Assembly: GCF_021028975.2 (NCBI RefSeq)
Contig: NC_059425.1
Span: forward strand, 82,212,001 to 82,276,000
Source of the DNA: Sphaerodactylus townsendi
Taxonomy: Eukaryota
DNA length: 64,000 nucleotides
Direction: 5' to 3'
Shown in pieces: positions 62,588-64,000 of this stretch. A model generated the notes under the pieces. The model had not been told where the DNA came from. It worked only from the letters and a program-made list of their open reading frames with translations, and made no database searches. Each line of letters starts with the position of its first letter. Position 1 is the first letter of the stretch. The position numbers and the translations under genes are program-made.

Positions 62588-64000
62588 AATAGAGCATGGA
62601 TCCAGTTATCAGGCAACTATCCTGTTGGTTGATAAATACCAGGTGACTCCACTTGTCTGCTGATATCTCCCCTCTGCCCTGCAACAACCAGCCAGCCAGC
62701 TGGGCCAGAAGGGAAGACATTCAGGATGGCAATTTGATGGGTTCCACATGGGCTTCAGCCACTCAGTGGTCCCCTTGCCGCTCAAGATGAGGGCACTTCT
62801 GACAGCCCCAGAATTGGGCATGTCCCCCAAAATACCCCAAAATTCCTTAAGGGGATTCCTGAAGTGAGAGAAAGGGGCATGCAAGCTGCTCCCCCCCCCC
62901 CTCGAAGAATCTAGCTCACTGTTGTTACCACCACCACCAATATCCTCACAGCTGCAATTCCTCCATGAGGCTGTGCCAGACATCATCCAACAAAAGGTCT
63001 TGGCCCCACTCAGCAAAGTGGACCCCATTCAGGCAGTGCAAGGCCTTGCAATGTTAGGAAATATCTGAGCATCTGTTTATGGGTGTTCAACTTGCTGTTT
63101 CATTGTAATCCTTACAACAATGAAGACCAGAGCAATTGGCTTTTCATGCATACTGACCAACTGAGATCTGCTACCTCTCCATACTTGCTGCATAGCTGTT
63201 CTGTTCAGCAGGCAATTGTTTAATGAGACCATTAGATCACTCACAAATCACATAATCCAGTTATTACTAAATGCTGTGGTTCAATCAAATTCTTTGGTTC
63301 TTGGCTAAGTAGTCCTTAGTGATGGTAATGGCTGCTGATCAGTTTGAATCTGCAGCAACCTTGTGCAAGTGCAATTTTGTAAAAAGCTCAAACATTAATT
63401 TCCCATAATTTCAGATATTCTTAATAGAGAACTATGCGAAGTTGACAGCTATGAGCGCAGTGGAAATGGTGTAAAAGAGAAGAGTCAACCAGAACTCTGA
63501 AATTCTAATCATATGATCGGTAATTACAATATCAGTGATTTCAAGTGGTGAAATCATGATGGTTATGCTCTTCAACTTTTTATCTGTACACATTGGGAAT
63601 ACTCACTGATAAAGAGCAGTTTTCTTAAGCTAGTGTGTGGTTTGAAATGCTTTCAGTGGCGCTTATCTAAAGGGTACCTAAACACAAAGTACTGTTGTGC
63701 CTACTTTTCTAGCACTAGCACAGAAAGCGGGGAAGTAACAAAGGCAGAAAAGGTCAGCTGTTTTGCTCCATCTTGCATAACTTTTTAATCTTCCATTTTT
63801 GAAAATGGACAGTGTTGTTTTATTTAGGGAGGGCAAAGGCTGTCTTCTGCAAGAATTTAAAATCAGCTCATTTCCCCCAAAATAAATATGCAAGTGTCCT
63901 TCAATCAGCTTAGCCTCTAAAGGTTGTAAAGTTAAGGCAGAAAAGTAAGGTGTTACAGACAGGTGTTAGTTTTTTAATCTGCAGTTGAGTTTTATGTGGC

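Noticed and set aside
59063-64000. Next upstream FMN2 exon (AKIDQEAEE-like)
   Set aside because: Searched by eye on the minus strand and not found; it probably lies beyond the window.

Overview
Vertebrate genomic DNA, almost certainly a squamate reptile and probably a gecko (inferred from the SINE/LINE/MITE repertoire). The window holds the tail-to-tail GREM2/FMN2 locus. On + is the single coding exon of GREM2 (22546-23058, 170 aa DAN-family BMP antagonist) with its 3'UTR. On - are the last three coding exons of FMN2 (58913-59062, 36510-36591, 33156-33182). These exons are absent from the ORF track and splice in frame to the end of the FH2 domain plus the Spire-binding tail. The remainder is intron or intergenic DNA dense in mobile elements: the 3' end of a Gypsy chromovirus (chromodomain, PPT, LTR), solo LTRs, L1, L2 and CR1 LINEs, Penelope-like relics (one retains a minimal hammerhead ribozyme core), a non-autonomous Helitron, hAT MITEs with 8-bp TSDs, a Harbinger-like MITE and several SINEs. 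From about 49 to 57.5 kb, beside a 219-N gap, there are noisy duplications that look like assembly artefacts. Most short ORFs in the track are spurious. I found no convincing wholly new biological system. The best leads are the hammerhead motif, a possible gene-fragment-carrying hAT element, and TE families resembling horizontally transferred ones. All homology calls are by eye or from memory, with no database searches.
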